This document shows positions 1 to 11,110 of a stretch of DNA of 64,000 nucleotides, one piece after another. Under the pieces are notes generated by a model, which did no database searches, was not told where the DNA came from, and saw only the letters and a list, made by a program, of their open reading frames with translations. Each line of letters starts with the position of its first letter. Position 1 is the first letter of the stretch. The position numbers and the translations under genes were made by a program. Origin of the DNA: Alphaproteobacteria bacterium (lineage in GTDB: Bacteria > Pseudomonadota > Alphaproteobacteria > CALKHQ01); contig CBDDFZ010000001.1 in NCBI GenBank assembly GCA_965227515.1, positions 3,168,001-3,232,000 of the forward strand, given 5' to 3'.

Positions 1-302
1 TGGCCTGACAGAGCGACGCTGCCGGTCTCGCGGTCCAGCATCGGCGCCTCGACGGCCAAGACGCGAAGTTGGGACACCGTCCAACCGAACGCGGCTCCGG
101 CCAGCCCGACCGCAATGACAAAGGCCAGCAGATGCCGGCGGCAGGCAAAGGCCGCCAAGCTCGCTGACAACAAAGCTATCGGTCCCCAGCCCGCCCATGG
201 CTCGACCGGCAGGCTGAAATACGCGGCGACGCCGGCAATGGCGAGCACCGGCCACCAGAGCACCAGGCGCTCACGCTCGTGCTGCCAGAGCCGTTCGATC
301 AC
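1..302 (-). CDS. comEC: ComEC/Rec2 family competence protein, N-terminal part (runs off window; start uncertain, GTG 302 or TTG 386)
   Basis: Not in ORF track. Manual translation gives VIERLWQHERERLVLWWPVLAIAGVAAYFSLPVEP..., typical of alphaproteobacterial ComEC N-termini. Divergent from gltX, a common arrangement. Confidence 0.75.
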   Translation of the reverse strand, partial: MIERLWQHERERLVLWWPVLAIAGVAAYFSLPVEPWAGWGPIALLSASLAAFACRRHLLAFVIAVGLAGAAFGWTVSQLRVLAVEAPMLDRETGSVALSG

Positions 303-637
303 CGCATCGGCCCCCCTCGCCCATGCCTTTGCCCATCCCGGCGCCCATCCCTTCGCCCACGGGGCCGCGGCGGTTGGCGGATGCAAGGGCGCTGTGACCT
401 TATCGTCACATCACCTCGGCACGGTTTGGCCCGTGGGCGCGCTCTATGATAGAAGACTGCGCGTCACTGACGGTCGCGGGGTCCGGGGTCATCCCCTGCC
501 CCCGTGCCATCCCGTTGCCAGTCCATTTCTGCCCACCGCGCACGTGCCGGCCCGATGCCGGGCTGCACGGTGCGTTTTGGGTGCATGTGGATCCGGTCGG
601 TGATGTTGTGACAGCCGTGACAATGATTGGTGGGCCA

Positions 638-2050
638 ATGTCGATCACTACGCGGTTCGCGCCGTCGCCGACTGGATTCTTGCATATCGGTGGCGCGCGC
701 ACGGCGTTGTTCAATTTTCTGCTCGCCCGCCATCATGGCGGCCGTTTCCTGCTGCGCATCGAAGATACCGACAAGGCGCGTTCGACGGAGGCCGCCAAGG
801 CCGCCATCATAGAGGGGCTGCGCTGGCTGGGCCTGGACTGGGACGGCGCGACGGTCTTCCAGTCGGAGGGGCAGCAGCGCCATGCCGACGTGGCGCGAGA
901 CCTTCTCTCGCGCGGCTTGGCCTACAACTGCTATTGCACGCCGGAGGAACTGGCGGAGATGCGCGAGCAGGCGCGCGCCGAGAACCGCTCGATCCGCTAT
1001 GACGGGCGCTGGCGCGACCGCGACCCGGCCGATGCTCCGCCAGGCGTCGATCCGGTGGTGCGCCTGAAGGTGCCTCAGGATGGCACCGTCGTCCTGAACG
1101 ATGCGGTGCAGGGTACGGTCGAGGTTACGGCCAGCGAACTGGACGACTTCGTGCTCCTGCGCTCCGACGGCACGCCCACGTACATGCTGTCGGTCGTTGT
1201 GGACGACCACGACATGGGCGTGACCCACGTCGTGCGCGGCGACGACCATCTGACCAACGCGTTTCGCCAGACCGCGCTTTTCCAGGCATGCGGCTGGGAC
1301 CTGCCGGTGTTCGGCCACGTGCCGCTGATCCACGGCCCCGACGGCGCGAAGCTCTCGAAACGGCATGGCGCGCTGGGCGTTGAAGCCTATCGGGACATGG
1401 GCTACCTGCCGGAAGCCATGTGCAACTACCTGCTGCGCCTGGGCTGGTCGCACGGCGATACCGAGATCGTCAGCCGAGACGAAGCGATTGCGCTGTTCGA
1501 CCTGGACGGCATCGGGCGCGCGCCGGCACGGCTCGACTTCGCGAAGATGGACAGCGTCAACGCGCACTACATCAAGCTGGCCGACGATGCGCGCCTGGCC
1601 GACCTGATTTGCGGGTTCCTGGAAGCCGATCTCGGGCGTGAACTCGACGATGCCGATCGCGCACGCCTGTTGGCGGCAATGCCTGAGCTGAAGCAACGGC
1701 CCAAGACTTTGGTGGAACTGGCTGATAATGCGCGTTTTCTTGTTGCGCACCGGCCATTGACCCTGACCGACAAGGCACGCAAGGCGCTGGGCGAGGACGG
1801 CGCCGCCGTGCTCAAGTCCGTCGGCGAGACCCTGGCTGGCATGACTGTTTGGGATGAGGAAGCGGCCGAGCGCGCGGTGAGCGATTTTGCCGATCAGGCC
1901 GGCTTGAAGATGCGTGCCGTGGCCCAGCCGCTCCGCGCCGCCCTCACCGGCAGCCATGCGTCGCCGGGCATCTTCCAGGTGCTGGCCTATCTGGGGCGTG
2001 ACGAATCTTTGGGCCGCATTGACGATGTGGTCGGCGGCCGTGTGGCATGA
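638..2050 (+). CDS. gltX: Glutamate--tRNA ligase
   Basis: [15 protein letters not shown] (HIGH) and KLSKR (KMSKS) motifs; ATG at 638. Confidence 0.97.
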   Translation: MSITTRFAPSPTGFLHIGGARTALFNFLLARHHGGRFLLRIEDTDKARSTEAAKAAIIEGLRWLGLDWDGATVFQSEGQQRHADVARDLLSRGLAYNCYCTPEELAEMREQARAENRSIRYDGRWRDRDPADAPPGVDPVVRLKVPQDGTVVLNDAVQGTVEVTASELDDFVLLRSDGTPTYMLSVVVDDHDMGVTHVVRGDDHLTNAFRQTALFQACGWDLPVFGHVPLIHGPDGAKLSKRHGALGVEAYRDMGYLPEAMCNYLLRLGWSHGDTEIVSRDEAIALFDLDGIGRAPARLDFAKMDSVNAHYIKLADDARLADLICGFLEADLGRELDDADRARLLAAMPELKQRPKTLVELADNARFLVAHRPLTLTDKARKALGEDGAAVLKSVGETLAGMTVWDEEAAERAVSDFADQAGLKMRAVAQPLRAALTGSHASPGIFQVLAYLGRDESLGRIDDVVGGRVA

Positions 2051-2186
2051 ACACTGCACCGATGCCGTCTGTAACGCCGCGTTTCGAGCCTCGTGAGAAG
2101 ATTTGAAAGAGCCCGGTTTCGGCCGGTCTAGAGAATGACAGCGCGTCCAAGGCGCGCTATCTGAGCTTTTGAAGGAGAGCTTGCCG

Positions 2187-3509
2187 ATGAGCCATGAATC
2201 GAAAGCGACACCGACCAAGGACGGTGTCACGCTGATCGACCGCGCAACCGGGAACGAGTACGAGTTGCCGGTGTTGTCCGGCACCGCCGGGCCGCGGGTG
2301 ATCGACATCCGCCGGCTCTATGCCGACGCGGATATGTTCACGTTCGATCCTGGATTCACATCCAGCGGCAGCTGTGAGTCGCAGATCACCTACATCGACG
2401 GCGATAAGGGCGAATTGCTCTACCGCGGCTATCCCATCGAAGATCTGGCCGAAAATTCCGACTTCATGGAGGTCTCGTACCTGCTGCTGCATGGCGAGTT
2501 GCCGACAGCCGAGGAGAAGACCGGGTTTGAGAAAGCCATCACCTATCACACGATGGTGCATGAACAATTATTGAATTTTTTCAGGGGGTTTCGCCGCGAC
2601 GCTCACCCAATGGCGATTCTATGCGGTGTCACCGGCGCGCTCTCGGCCTTTTATCACGATTCCCTGGACATCGGCGATCCGCGCCAGCGGATGATCGCCT
2701 CTCACCGGCTGATCGCCAAGATGCCGACCATCTCGGCGATGGCGTACAAATATTCGGTCGGCCAGCCGTTCATCTATCCGCGCAACGATCTGACCTATGC
2801 GGAAAACTTCCTGCAGATGACGTTCGCGGTGCCCTGCGAGCAGTATGAGATCAATCCGGCGATCTCCAAGGCGATGGACCGCATCTTCATCCTGCACGCC
2901 GATCACGAACAAAACGCGTCGACCTCGACAGTGCGCCTCGCCGGCTCCTCGGGTGCCAACCCGTTCGCCTGCATCGCCGCTGGCATTGCCTCGCTGTGGG
3001 GGCCTGCCCATGGCGGCGCCAACGAGGCGGTGCTGAACATGCTCGACGAGATCGGCGACAAGTCGCAGATCGGCGAGTACATCAAGCGCGCCAAGGACAA
3101 GGACGACCCGTTCCGGCTGATGGGCTTCGGCCACCGGGTCTACAAGAACTTCGACCCGCGCGCGAAGGTCATGCAGCAGAGCTGTCACGAGGTGCTGGAC
3201 GCATTGGGCATCCGTGACGAGCCGCTGCTCGACCTGGCGATGGAGCTGGAGAAGATCGCGCTGGAGGACGAGTATTTCGTCGAGCGCAAGCTCTATCCCA
3301 ATGTCGACTTCTATTCCGGCATAATCCTGAAGGCGATCGGCTTCCCGACATCGATGTTCACCGTGCTGTTTGCACTGGCGCGCACCGTGGGTTGGGTGGC
3401 ACAGTGGCGGGAGATGATCGAAGATCCGACCCAGCGGATCGGCCGCCCGCGCCAGCTCTACACCGGCCATGCGCGGCGCAGCTTCGTACCGATCGCCGAG
3501 AGAGGCTGA
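2187..3509 (+). CDS. gltA: Type II citrate synthase
   Basis: [45 protein letters not shown] motifs. Confidence 0.98.
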   Translation: MSHESKATPTKDGVTLIDRATGNEYELPVLSGTAGPRVIDIRRLYADADMFTFDPGFTSSGSCESQITYIDGDKGELLYRGYPIEDLAENSDFMEVSYLLLHGELPTAEEKTGFEKAITYHTMVHEQLLNFFRGFRRDAHPMAILCGVTGALSAFYHDSLDIGDPRQRMIASHRLIAKMPTISAMAYKYSVGQPFIYPRNDLTYAENFLQMTFAVPCEQYEINPAISKAMDRIFILHADHEQNASTSTVRLAGSSGANPFACIAAGIASLWGPAHGGANEAVLNMLDEIGDKSQIGEYIKRAKDKDDPFRLMGFGHRVYKNFDPRAKVMQQSCHEVLDALGIRDEPLLDLAMELEKIALEDEYFVERKLYPNVDFYSGIILKAIGFPTSMFTVLFALARTVGWVAQWREMIEDPTQRIGRPRQLYTGHARRSFVPIAERG

Positions 3510-3516
3510 ACCGACA

Positions 3517-3738
3517 ATGTCGCCGCACCGACGCGTACCCAGGACGCCACCACGCCAAGGGCTGGAGGGGCGTGATGGGGCTCGCGGCGCGGCACGCGCT
3601 CGGTTCGCCGGGCCCGTGCCGGCGGCGGCGGTGTCTCGGCAAGCCGCCAACGACAACGCCGTGTCGGCCTGGATTTGGGTCTGGCGGGTTGTCGGCCTGG
3701 CGGCGCTGCTGACCGGTGCCTATTTCGCGATAGCCTGA
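3517..3738 (+). CDS. Small hypothetical protein with C-terminal TM helix and AANDN motif
   Basis: ATG just after gltA stop; hydrophobic C-terminus; followed by terminator. Confidence 0.5.
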   Translation: MSPHRRVPRTPPRQGLEGRDGARGAARARFAGPVPAAAVSRQAANDNAVSAWIWVWRVVGLAALLTGAYFAIA

Positions 3739-3759
3739 GCGTGCTCGGGCCAAATAAAC

Positions 3760-3784
3760 AAGGGCGGCTCTCGAGCCGCCCTTT
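3760..3784. terminator. Intrinsic terminator, probably bidirectional
   Basis: AAGGGCGGCTC-TC-GAGCCGCCCTTT hairpin between convergent genes. Confidence 0.75.
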
Positions 3785-3808
3785 GTGTGTGCGTGGACTG
3801 AGGTTCGG

Positions 3809-4225
<417 letters not shown>

Positions 4226-4332
4226 GCTTTGCCCTCCCGTGGCATGCAGCCGGCACGGTGTCGAAACCGGCGCCCGATGTTTGGAATCCAACCCTGCAAT
4301 AGTGCCAGCCCGGCACGGCCAAGAACAAGGCG

Positions 4333-5508
4333 CTAGACTTTCGCACCGCCTGCTTTGTCGATTGTGGCAAGCACGGCGCGCGCGGCCCGCACGCTCGGCG
4401 CCTCCCCCTCCGCTCGCAACTGCTCTATCGCTTCGTGCTGCGCGCTTCGGATCGCCTCGGCGCGCTGTGCGTCGTTCAGCATCGCCGATATCTCCCTGGC
4501 GATCCGGGGGCCGGTGCACGCCCGCTGCAGGAGCTGCGGCACCGCAGGCCGATCCAGCACCAGATTGACCAGATTTGCGTATTTGATCCGGACCAGCAGG
4601 CTGACCGCCATCGCGGTAATCGGCGTCACCTTGTAGACGGTGACCGCCGGCGTGCCGGCCATTGCCAGTTCCAGCGATACGGTGCCGGAGGCGGCGATCG
4701 AGGCATTGGCCGCTGCCATGGCCGCGTATTTCTGTGCCGCGTCGTCGGAGACGATGGGCGACCCCGGCCAGTCGGCGGCAATTGCCCGGACGGTGTCGGC
4801 CAGATGCGGCACTGTCGGCACCACCAGGCGCAGGCCGGGGTGTGCCGCGGCCAGCAGGCCGACGGCTTCGGTCACCGGCGCCGCTAACTGGCCGACCTCG
4901 CCCCGCCGGCTACCCAGCAGGACCGCGACCACGGGGACATCGTCGGCAATGCCGTGCGCGCGCCGATATGCCGGGCCGTCGGCGTCCGCCGCCCCATACT
5001 CCAGGACCGGGTGGCCGACGAAGGTCGCAGCCAGTCCGACCCGTTCGAAGTACGGCGGCTCGAACGGCAGCAGCGTAAGCAGGTGGTCGAAGTGGCGCCG
5101 GAACTTGTAGACCCGCCATGGCCGCCATGCCCACACTGTCGGCGCGACGTAGTGGATGCGCGGCGTGGCACGGTCGGGCAGGCGCTTGACGAACCCGTGG
5201 GCGAACGCCGGTGCGTCGATGGTGACGATGGCGTGCGGCTGGAAGGCGTGCGCGGCATCGGCTGTCTGGCGCATGCGCCGGAACAGCGCGCGCGCCTTCG
5301 GCAACACCTCCGACACGCCCATCACCGAAAGCTCGGACATCGGAAACAGGCTTTCCAGGCCGGCAGCGGTCATCGCGTCGCCACCGACGCCGCGAAACTC
5401 TATTGGCCGGTCGGTGCAGTCCTTGAGGGCCGCCATCAGCCGGCCGCCGAGCGCGTCGCCCGAGGCCTCGCCGGCGACGAGGAAGATGCGAAGGGGACCC
5501 GCGGTCAT
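4333..5508 (-). CDS. lpxB: Lipid-A-disaccharide synthase
   Basis: IFLVAGEASGD, HYVAPTVWAWR, FVGHP, GSRRGE, ASGTVSLE. Confidence 0.96.
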   Translation of the reverse strand: MTAGPLRIFLVAGEASGDALGGRLMAALKDCTDRPIEFRGVGGDAMTAAGLESLFPMSELSVMGVSEVLPKARALFRRMRQTADAAHAFQPHAIVTIDAPAFAHGFVKRLPDRATPRIHYVAPTVWAWRPWRVYKFRRHFDHLLTLLPFEPPYFERVGLAATFVGHPVLEYGAADADGPAYRRAHGIADDVPVVAVLLGSRRGEVGQLAAPVTEAVGLLAAAHPGLRLVVPTVPHLADTVRAIAADWPGSPIVSDDAAQKYAAMAAANASIAASGTVSLELAMAGTPAVTVYKVTPITAMAVSLLVRIKYANLVNLVLDRPAVPQLLQRACTGPRIAREISAMLNDAQRAEAIRSAQHEAIEQLRAEGEAPSVRAARAVLATIDKAGGAKV

Positions 5509-5524
5509 CGTGCTGCGCCGGCCG

Positions 5525-6376
5525 TCAACCGGCCGCGTCATTGTCGCGTTGCTCGACCGCGATGACGAAAAGTCCGTGCTGCCCGGCGAGCGCGCAGACG
5601 TCGTCCTTGTCGATGATCACCACGCCGCCGGCTTCGATGGCGATGCCGCGCAGCCCGGCCGCGGCGGCGTTGCGCACGGTGTCCGGGCCGATGGTCGGCA
5701 AGTCCAGGCGCCGGTCCTGGCGCGGCTTGACCATTTTCACAAGCACGCCGCCGGGCCCGTCGCGGCGCAGAGTGCCGGCGCGATCCAGCAGCGCATCGGT
5801 GCCCTCGATCGCCTCGACCCCCAGCACCATGCCTTGCTGGACAACCACCGCCTGGCCGACATCCACCGCGCCCAGGGCGCGCACGACCTCGCGGCCCCGG
5901 GATATGTCACGCTCGGCCATCTCGTCCGGCGCATCGCCGGCCAGCAGGCCAGCCTGGGCGGAGAGCTGCGCCAGCGCGTCATCCAGGCCGACCACGCGAA
6001 AACCCTCTTCGTGCAGCACTTGTGACAACGCGGTCAGCAGGGTGTCGTCGCCCGCGGCCTTCCAGCCGATACGCGCCAGGATGCGCGCGCCGGTCAGGTC
6101 GGGCCGCAACGCGCCCAGTGAGGGGCGCTTCACCCGGCCGACCATGATGACGTCGCGCACGTCTTCCTTGCGCAAGCGGTCCAGGATCTTGCCGGCCGCA
6201 CCCATGCGGATGGTCTCGCAGCCGATATCGCCACCCAGTTGCGCCGCCAGGTCCGCATCGGCCTGGCCCTCCAGCGCCACGACGAAGGGCGCGCGCCCCA
6301 TGTCGCGATAGATGCGCGCGAGCCTCAGCGGCAAGTCCCCGCCGCCGGCAATGATGCCGAGGCGCGACTGGGTCAT
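5525..6376 (-). CDS. lpxI: UDP-2,3-diacylglucosamine diphosphatase LpxI
   Basis: LGIIAGGG, DVGQ, EAIEGTD, KPRQDRRLDLPTIG; lies between lpxA and lpxB. Confidence 0.94.
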   Translation of the reverse strand: MTQSRLGIIAGGGDLPLRLARIYRDMGRAPFVVALEGQADADLAAQLGGDIGCETIRMGAAGKILDRLRKEDVRDVIMVGRVKRPSLGALRPDLTGARILARIGWKAAGDDTLLTALSQVLHEEGFRVVGLDDALAQLSAQAGLLAGDAPDEMAERDISRGREVVRALGAVDVGQAVVVQQGMVLGVEAIEGTDALLDRAGTLRRDGPGGVLVKMVKPRQDRRLDLPTIGPDTVRNAAAAGLRGIAIEAGGVVIIDKDDVCALAGQHGLFVIAVEQRDNDAAG

Positions 6377-7188
6377 GCCACGTCGACGGAGTCGTGCTGG
6401 GGTTGGCAGATGCCGCGGGTGGAGGTGCGAATGTGGTCGACGATCTTCATCACCGGCGCACTGTCACCGAACATCTGCACCACGTCGGCGATCCGCTCTT
6501 CCATGGTGCCTTCGGCCGCGAACAGCATCCGATAGGCGGTGCGCAGGGCGTGGATATCCTCGCGCGAGAAGTTGCGGCGCTTCAGTCCGATCAGGTTCAG
6601 GCCGCACAGCACCGCGCGCTGGCCCAGCACGGTGCCATAGGGGATGACGTCCTTCACCACCGCCGACATGCCGCCGATCATGGCATGCTCGCCGACCCGG
6701 CAGAACTGGTGCACGGCGCCGAAGCCGCCGATGACGACATGATCCTCGATGATGACGTGGCCGCCGAGCGTGCCGTTGTTGGCGAGGATGACGTTGTTGC
6801 CGACCTGGCAGTCATGCGCCACGTGGGCGGTCGCCATGAACAGGCAGTCGTCGCCGATGCGGGTGACCATGCCGCCGCCCTCGGTGCCCGTGTTGATGGT
6901 GACGTGCTCGCGGATCTTGGCGCGGGCGCCTATTTCCAGCGCCGAGTCCTCGCCCGCGTACTTCAGGTCCTGCGGTATCTGGCCGACGGATGCGAACGGG
7001 AAGATGATCGAGTCGGGGCCGACGGTCGTGCGGCCGGTGATCGCGACGTGCGGGTGCAGGGTGACGCCATCGTGCAGCGTGACCTTGCCGTCGACCACGC
7101 AAAAGGGACCGATGCTGACATTGTTGCCGATTTCGGCTTTGGGATCGATCACCGCCGTCGGGTGGATCCCGGCATGAACTGCGGTCAT
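6373..7188 (-). CDS. lpxA: UDP-N-acetylglucosamine acyltransferase
   Basis: IHPTA, hexapeptide repeats, PQDLKY, HVAHDC, VHQF, GLNLIGLKR. Confidence 0.97.
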   Translation of the reverse strand: MTAVHAGIHPTAVIDPKAEIGNNVSIGPFCVVDGKVTLHDGVTLHPHVAITGRTTVGPDSIIFPFASVGQIPQDLKYAGEDSALEIGARAKIREHVTINTGTEGGGMVTRIGDDCLFMATAHVAHDCQVGNNVILANNGTLGGHVIIEDHVVIGGFGAVHQFCRVGEHAMIGGMSAVVKDVIPYGTVLGQRAVLCGLNLIGLKRRNFSREDIHALRTAYRMLFAAEGTMEERIADVVQMFGDSAPVMKIVDHIRTSTRGICQPQHDSVDVA

Positions 7189-7664
7189 ACGTCCGCCGGG
7201 TCGACGATCATCGCCGTAAACACGCCCTCGGCACACAACCGGCCCTTGACCTTGGCCTCGCCGCGGAACCGCCAGACCGTGCCGCGGTGGCGCTCCTTGA
7301 AGACGTGAAGCTCAAGCTGATCGCCCGGCCAGACCGGCTGGCGGAAACGGGCGTTATCGATGGCCATGAAGTAGACCAGCTTGCCCTCGCCCTCGGCGCC
7401 GATGGTGTGCACCACCAGCGCTGCTGCGGTCTGCGCCAGCGCCTCGACGATCATCACGCCCGGCATGACCGGCTGCTCGGGGAAATGGCCGACGAAATAC
7501 TGCTCGTTGATCGAGACGTTCTTGATGCCGATGGCGCTTTCGCCAGCACGCACCGCCACCATCTTCTCCAACATCAGGAAAGGGTATCGGTGCGGCAGAA
7601 TCTGCATGATATCGCCGATGTCGAGTTCTGAGGGTGGCGCGTCCGCCTTCAAGCCGGCCTCCAT
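7185..7664 (-). CDS. fabZ: 3-hydroxyacyl-ACP dehydratase
   Basis: LPHRYPFL, GHFP, MPGV..VEALAQ. Confidence 0.97.
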   Translation of the reverse strand: MEAGLKADAPPSELDIGDIMQILPHRYPFLMLEKMVAVRAGESAIGIKNVSINEQYFVGHFPEQPVMPGVMIVEALAQTAAALVVHTIGAEGEGKLVYFMAIDNARFRQPVWPGDQLELHVFKERHRGTVWRFRGEAKVKGRLCAEGVFTAMIVDPADV

Positions 7665-7668
7665 CGCT

Positions 7669-8706
7669 TCAGTCGTCTCCTCTTTGAGCAAGCCGCTCCA
7701 ATGTCTTGTGCAAGCGCAAAAACTGTTTGACCGGTATCGCCGGTGTGCCGCCCACGCGCACACCCGCAGGCACGTCTCGCGCGACGCCGGATGCGGCAGC
7801 GACCTGTGCCCCCTTACCGAGCGTAAGGTGGCCGGCGACACCTGCTTGCGCGGCCAGAATGACCCCGTCTTCCAGCTTGGTGCTGCCCGCGACACCCGAT
7901 TGCGCGACGAGAACACAACCGCGACCGATCCGAACGTTGTGCCCGATTTGCACCAGATTATCAATCATCGTGCCGTCGCCGATGACGGTGTCGGGACCGG
8001 TGCCGCGGTCGATGGTCGAGTTGGCGCCGATTTCCACATCGTCACCGACAATAACGCGGCCAACCTGGGGAATACGCAGGTGTCCCTCGGCCCGCATGGC
8101 GAAGCCGAATCCGCGCTCGCCGACGCGCACGCCGGAATGGATCAGGCATCTCCGGCCGATGTGGCAGTAGCCCAAGGTCGCGTTGTGGCGCACGACCGTG
8201 TCGTCGCCAATGATGACCGACGAACCGACGAGGGTGTTCGCGCCGATGTGTACCCGCTCGCCCAGGCGCGCGTCTTGCTGGACGACGACACCAGGCTCGA
8301 TGCGACATGACTCCGGAACCACGGCGCTGGGGTCGATGATCGCCGTCGGGGCGACCCAGGGCTCCGGCGCGTCCTCCGGGTAGAGCATTCCCGCGACCTT
8401 GGCATAGGCCAGGTACGGATCTCTCGTGAGCAGCAGCACCATGCCTTCGGGTGCCAGGTCTCGGACGTCGGGACGGACAATGCAGAACGCGGCCGTACTG
8501 GCCGCGAACGCATCCTTGTAGGCGCGGTTGTCCAGGAAGCTGATATGGCCGGCCCCGGCCCCGGCCCCGGCCTCGCCCAGCGGTGCGACGTCAACGATTT
8601 CAGCGCTTCGGTCCGCGTTTGCCGGCCACAATTCCGCGCCGACGGCGTCAGCGACATCGCCAAGTGCCAGCGGTCCGGCCCTGTTGAAGAAACTTGGATC
8701 TGCCAA
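7669..8706 (-). CDS. lpxD: UDP-3-O-acylglucosamine N-acyltransferase
   Basis: [31 protein letters not shown]; TTG start. Confidence 0.96.
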   Translation of the reverse strand: MADPSFFNRAGPLALGDVADAVGAELWPANADRSAEIVDVAPLGEAGAGAGAGHISFLDNRAYKDAFAASTAAFCIVRPDVRDLAPEGMVLLLTRDPYLAYAKVAGMLYPEDAPEPWVAPTAIIDPSAVVPESCRIEPGVVVQQDARLGERVHIGANTLVGSSVIIGDDTVVRHNATLGYCHIGRRCLIHSGVRVGERGFGFAMRAEGHLRIPQVGRVIVGDDVEIGANSTIDRGTGPDTVIGDGTMIDNLVQIGHNVRIGRGCVLVAQSGVAGSTKLEDGVILAAQAGVAGHLTLGKGAQVAAASGVARDVPAGVRVGGTPAIPVKQFLRLHKTLERLAQRGDD

Positions 8707-8803
8707 ATCTAACCTGCCCGACCGAAGTAACCCGCCTGACCGAAGTCGCCGCCTATGGTCATGATCCCGTGCCGCACGCCGTCATGCCATCCAGCGCGCA
8801 GGC

Positions 8804-11092
8804 TCAGAAACGGGTGCCAAAGCTCAGGCTGATCGCTTCGGTCTCATCGTATGTTTCTTGCGTCAACGGGTAGGCCCAGTTGACCCGGACCGGGCCAAAG
8901 GGCGAGTCCCAAATGAAGCCGACGCCCGCGGCGCTGCGAATGGAGCCTGTGTCGACCACGTTGGGCCCGGTCGCATCGACGCCGGTCAGCGTGCCGAAAT
9001 CGGCGAAGACCGCTGCGGTGACGCCGAGTTCGTCCGGCAAGCCGGTCGGGAACGTCATCTCGATGCTGCCGGTGGCGAAGCTGTTGCCGCCCAGGGCGTC
9101 GCCGCTGACGATGTCGCGGGGGCCGATGCCGCCGGGCTGGAACCCGCGCAGGTCGCGCCCGCCGACATAGAAGCGGTTCAGCACGTCCACGTCCTGCCCC
9201 AGCCCGTAGACGGTGCCGGCCTCCGCGGACACGCTGGCAATGATATCGTCGGTGATCGTGTAGTAGTAGCCGCTGCCCAGAGTGGCCTTCAAGAAGGCGA
9301 CATCGCCGCCGAGGCCGGCGAGATCGGTGCCAAAGCGCACGAAATAGCCCTCGGTGGGCTCGATGCGGCTATCGCGCTGGTCGTACAGGATGGCCTGGCC
9401 GATCAACGACGTCAGCCGCTCGCCGGCCGCTTCCTGCACGATGGCCGAAGCCGTCGGCGCGACATTGCTGATCTCGTCGTGGCGCAGCGTATAGCTCCAC
9501 GACTGGCTCAGCTCGTTGTTGATCCGATAGCCGGTGCGCAGCGTCACGCCGGTTTCCTCGGAGTCGAACTGCGCGATGTCCTGCCGGTCGCGCGTGACCC
9601 GGAAGATATCGAAGCCGGCCGTCAGGTTCCGCCCCAGGAAGTAGGGTTCGGTGAAGCTGAGCTCGATCTCCTGGCGGCTGCCGGAGAGCGACAGGCCGAG
9701 ACGCAGGTCCTGCCCCTTGCCCAGCAGGTTCCGCTCGCGGAGCGAAAAGTCGGCCAGCGCACCGTCGATGGTGGAATAGCCGGCGCCCAGGGCGAACTCG
9801 CCGGTCGACTTTTCCTCGACCTCGACCAGCAGCACGGTCTGATCCGGTGCGCTGCCTTCCTGGGTGGATATCTCCACGGTGTCGAAGTAGTCGAGATCGA
9901 CGATGTTCTGCTGCGAGCGCGACACCCGCGCCGAGTTGAAGGCGTCGCCCTCGACCAGCGCAATCTCGCGCCGAATGACCTCGTCCTCGGTGCGGACATT
10001 GCCCACGATCTCGATCCGCTCGACATAGACGCGCGGGCCTTCCTGAATGTCGTAGGTCAGGGCGACGGTCAGATTGTCCCGGTCGCGGTCGACGCGGGGC
10101 GTAATCTCGACAAAGGCATACCCCAACTCGCCGATGCGGTCGGTCAGGTTCTGGACCGATTGTTCCACCTCGCTGGCGTCGTACCAGTCGCCTTCGTAGG
10201 TCGTCACCTCGGCCAGGAGCTGATCCGGGGCCAAATCGGGCAGGCTGCTGACCAGGTCGATGCCGCCGAACTGGTACCGCTCGCCCTCGTCCAGGGTGAA
10301 GGTGATGAAGAAGCCATCGCCATCGGGCGACAGCTCGGCGATCGCGGAGATCAGCTCGAAGTCGGCATAGCCTTCGGCAAGATAGAAGTCGCGCAGCAAC
10401 TCCTGGTCGAAGGCCAGCCGATCCGGGTCGTAGGCATCGTTGGACGAGAAGATGCGCCAGAACGCCGACTCCTCGGTCAGGATCTCTTCGCGCAACGTAC
10501 CGTCGCTGAATTCGCGATTGCCGATGAAGCTGATCCGGCTGATGCCGGTGCGGTCGCCTTCGTCGATGGTGAACACCAGGTCGACCCGGTTCTGGTCGAG
10601 CTCGATGATCTCCGGCTCGACGCTGGCGGCGAAGCGCCCCGACCGTCGATACACTTCCAACAGGCGCGCGGCGTCGGCACTGACCTGCGTGCGCGTGAAC
10701 ACGACCCGCTGCCGGGACTCGATCTCCGCCTGCAGGTCGGCATCGTCGATGCGGTCGTTACCCTCGAATGCCACCCGGTTGATGATCGGGTTTTCCTCGA
10801 CGGTGATGCGCAGCACCCCATTGTCCAACGCCATGCTGACATCGGCGAACAGGCCGGTCGCGAACATCTCGCGCATCGACTTGTTGAGGATGAACGGATC
10901 GGCCGGATCGCCGACACCCAGCGGCAGATATGAGGTGACGGTCGCGGCCTCGATGCGCTGGTTGCCCTCCACAACGATCTGCTGAATGACCGGCGCGCTC
11001 TGGCTTTGGGCGACGGTCGCCGGCACTGCCAAGCCGATGCCGATGACACACAGCAACGCGGCCAGGCGCGGGAATTTGCGAAGGATCGTCAT
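8804..11092 (-). CDS. bamA: Outer membrane protein assembly factor BamA
   Basis: Signal peptide, POTRA repeats (VEGNQRIE, GNVRTEDEVIRRE), LRGF motif, C-terminal Phe. Confidence 0.97.
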   Translation of the reverse strand: MTILRKFPRLAALLCVIGIGLAVPATVAQSQSAPVIQQIVVEGNQRIEAATVTSYLPLGVGDPADPFILNKSMREMFATGLFADVSMALDNGVLRITVEENPIINRVAFEGNDRIDDADLQAEIESRQRVVFTRTQVSADAARLLEVYRRSGRFAASVEPEIIELDQNRVDLVFTIDEGDRTGISRISFIGNREFSDGTLREEILTEESAFWRIFSSNDAYDPDRLAFDQELLRDFYLAEGYADFELISAIAELSPDGDGFFITFTLDEGERYQFGGIDLVSSLPDLAPDQLLAEVTTYEGDWYDASEVEQSVQNLTDRIGELGYAFVEITPRVDRDRDNLTVALTYDIQEGPRVYVERIEIVGNVRTEDEVIRREIALVEGDAFNSARVSRSQQNIVDLDYFDTVEISTQEGSAPDQTVLLVEVEEKSTGEFALGAGYSTIDGALADFSLRERNLLGKGQDLRLGLSLSGSRQEIELSFTEPYFLGRNLTAGFDIFRVTRDRQDIAQFDSEETGVTLRTGYRINNELSQSWSYTLRHDEISNVAPTASAIVQEAAGERLTSLIGQAILYDQRDSRIEPTEGYFVRFGTDLAGLGGDVAFLKATLGSGYYYTITDDIIASVSAEAGTVYGLGQDVDVLNRFYVGGRDLRGFQPGGIGPRDIVSGDALGGNSFATGSIEMTFPTGLPDELGVTAAVFADFGTLTGVDATGPNVVDTGSIRSAAGVGFIWDSPFGPVRVNWAYPLTQETYDETEAISLSFGTRF

Positions 11093-11110
11093 GGTTCCAG
11101 AGAAGCGAGA

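Noticed and set aside
313-360. Repeat upstream of comEC as in-frame alternative Met starts or a G6 phase-variation switch
   Set aside because: The ATGs are out of frame with comEC, a six-base run is short for phase variation, and a plausible GTG start lies downstream.
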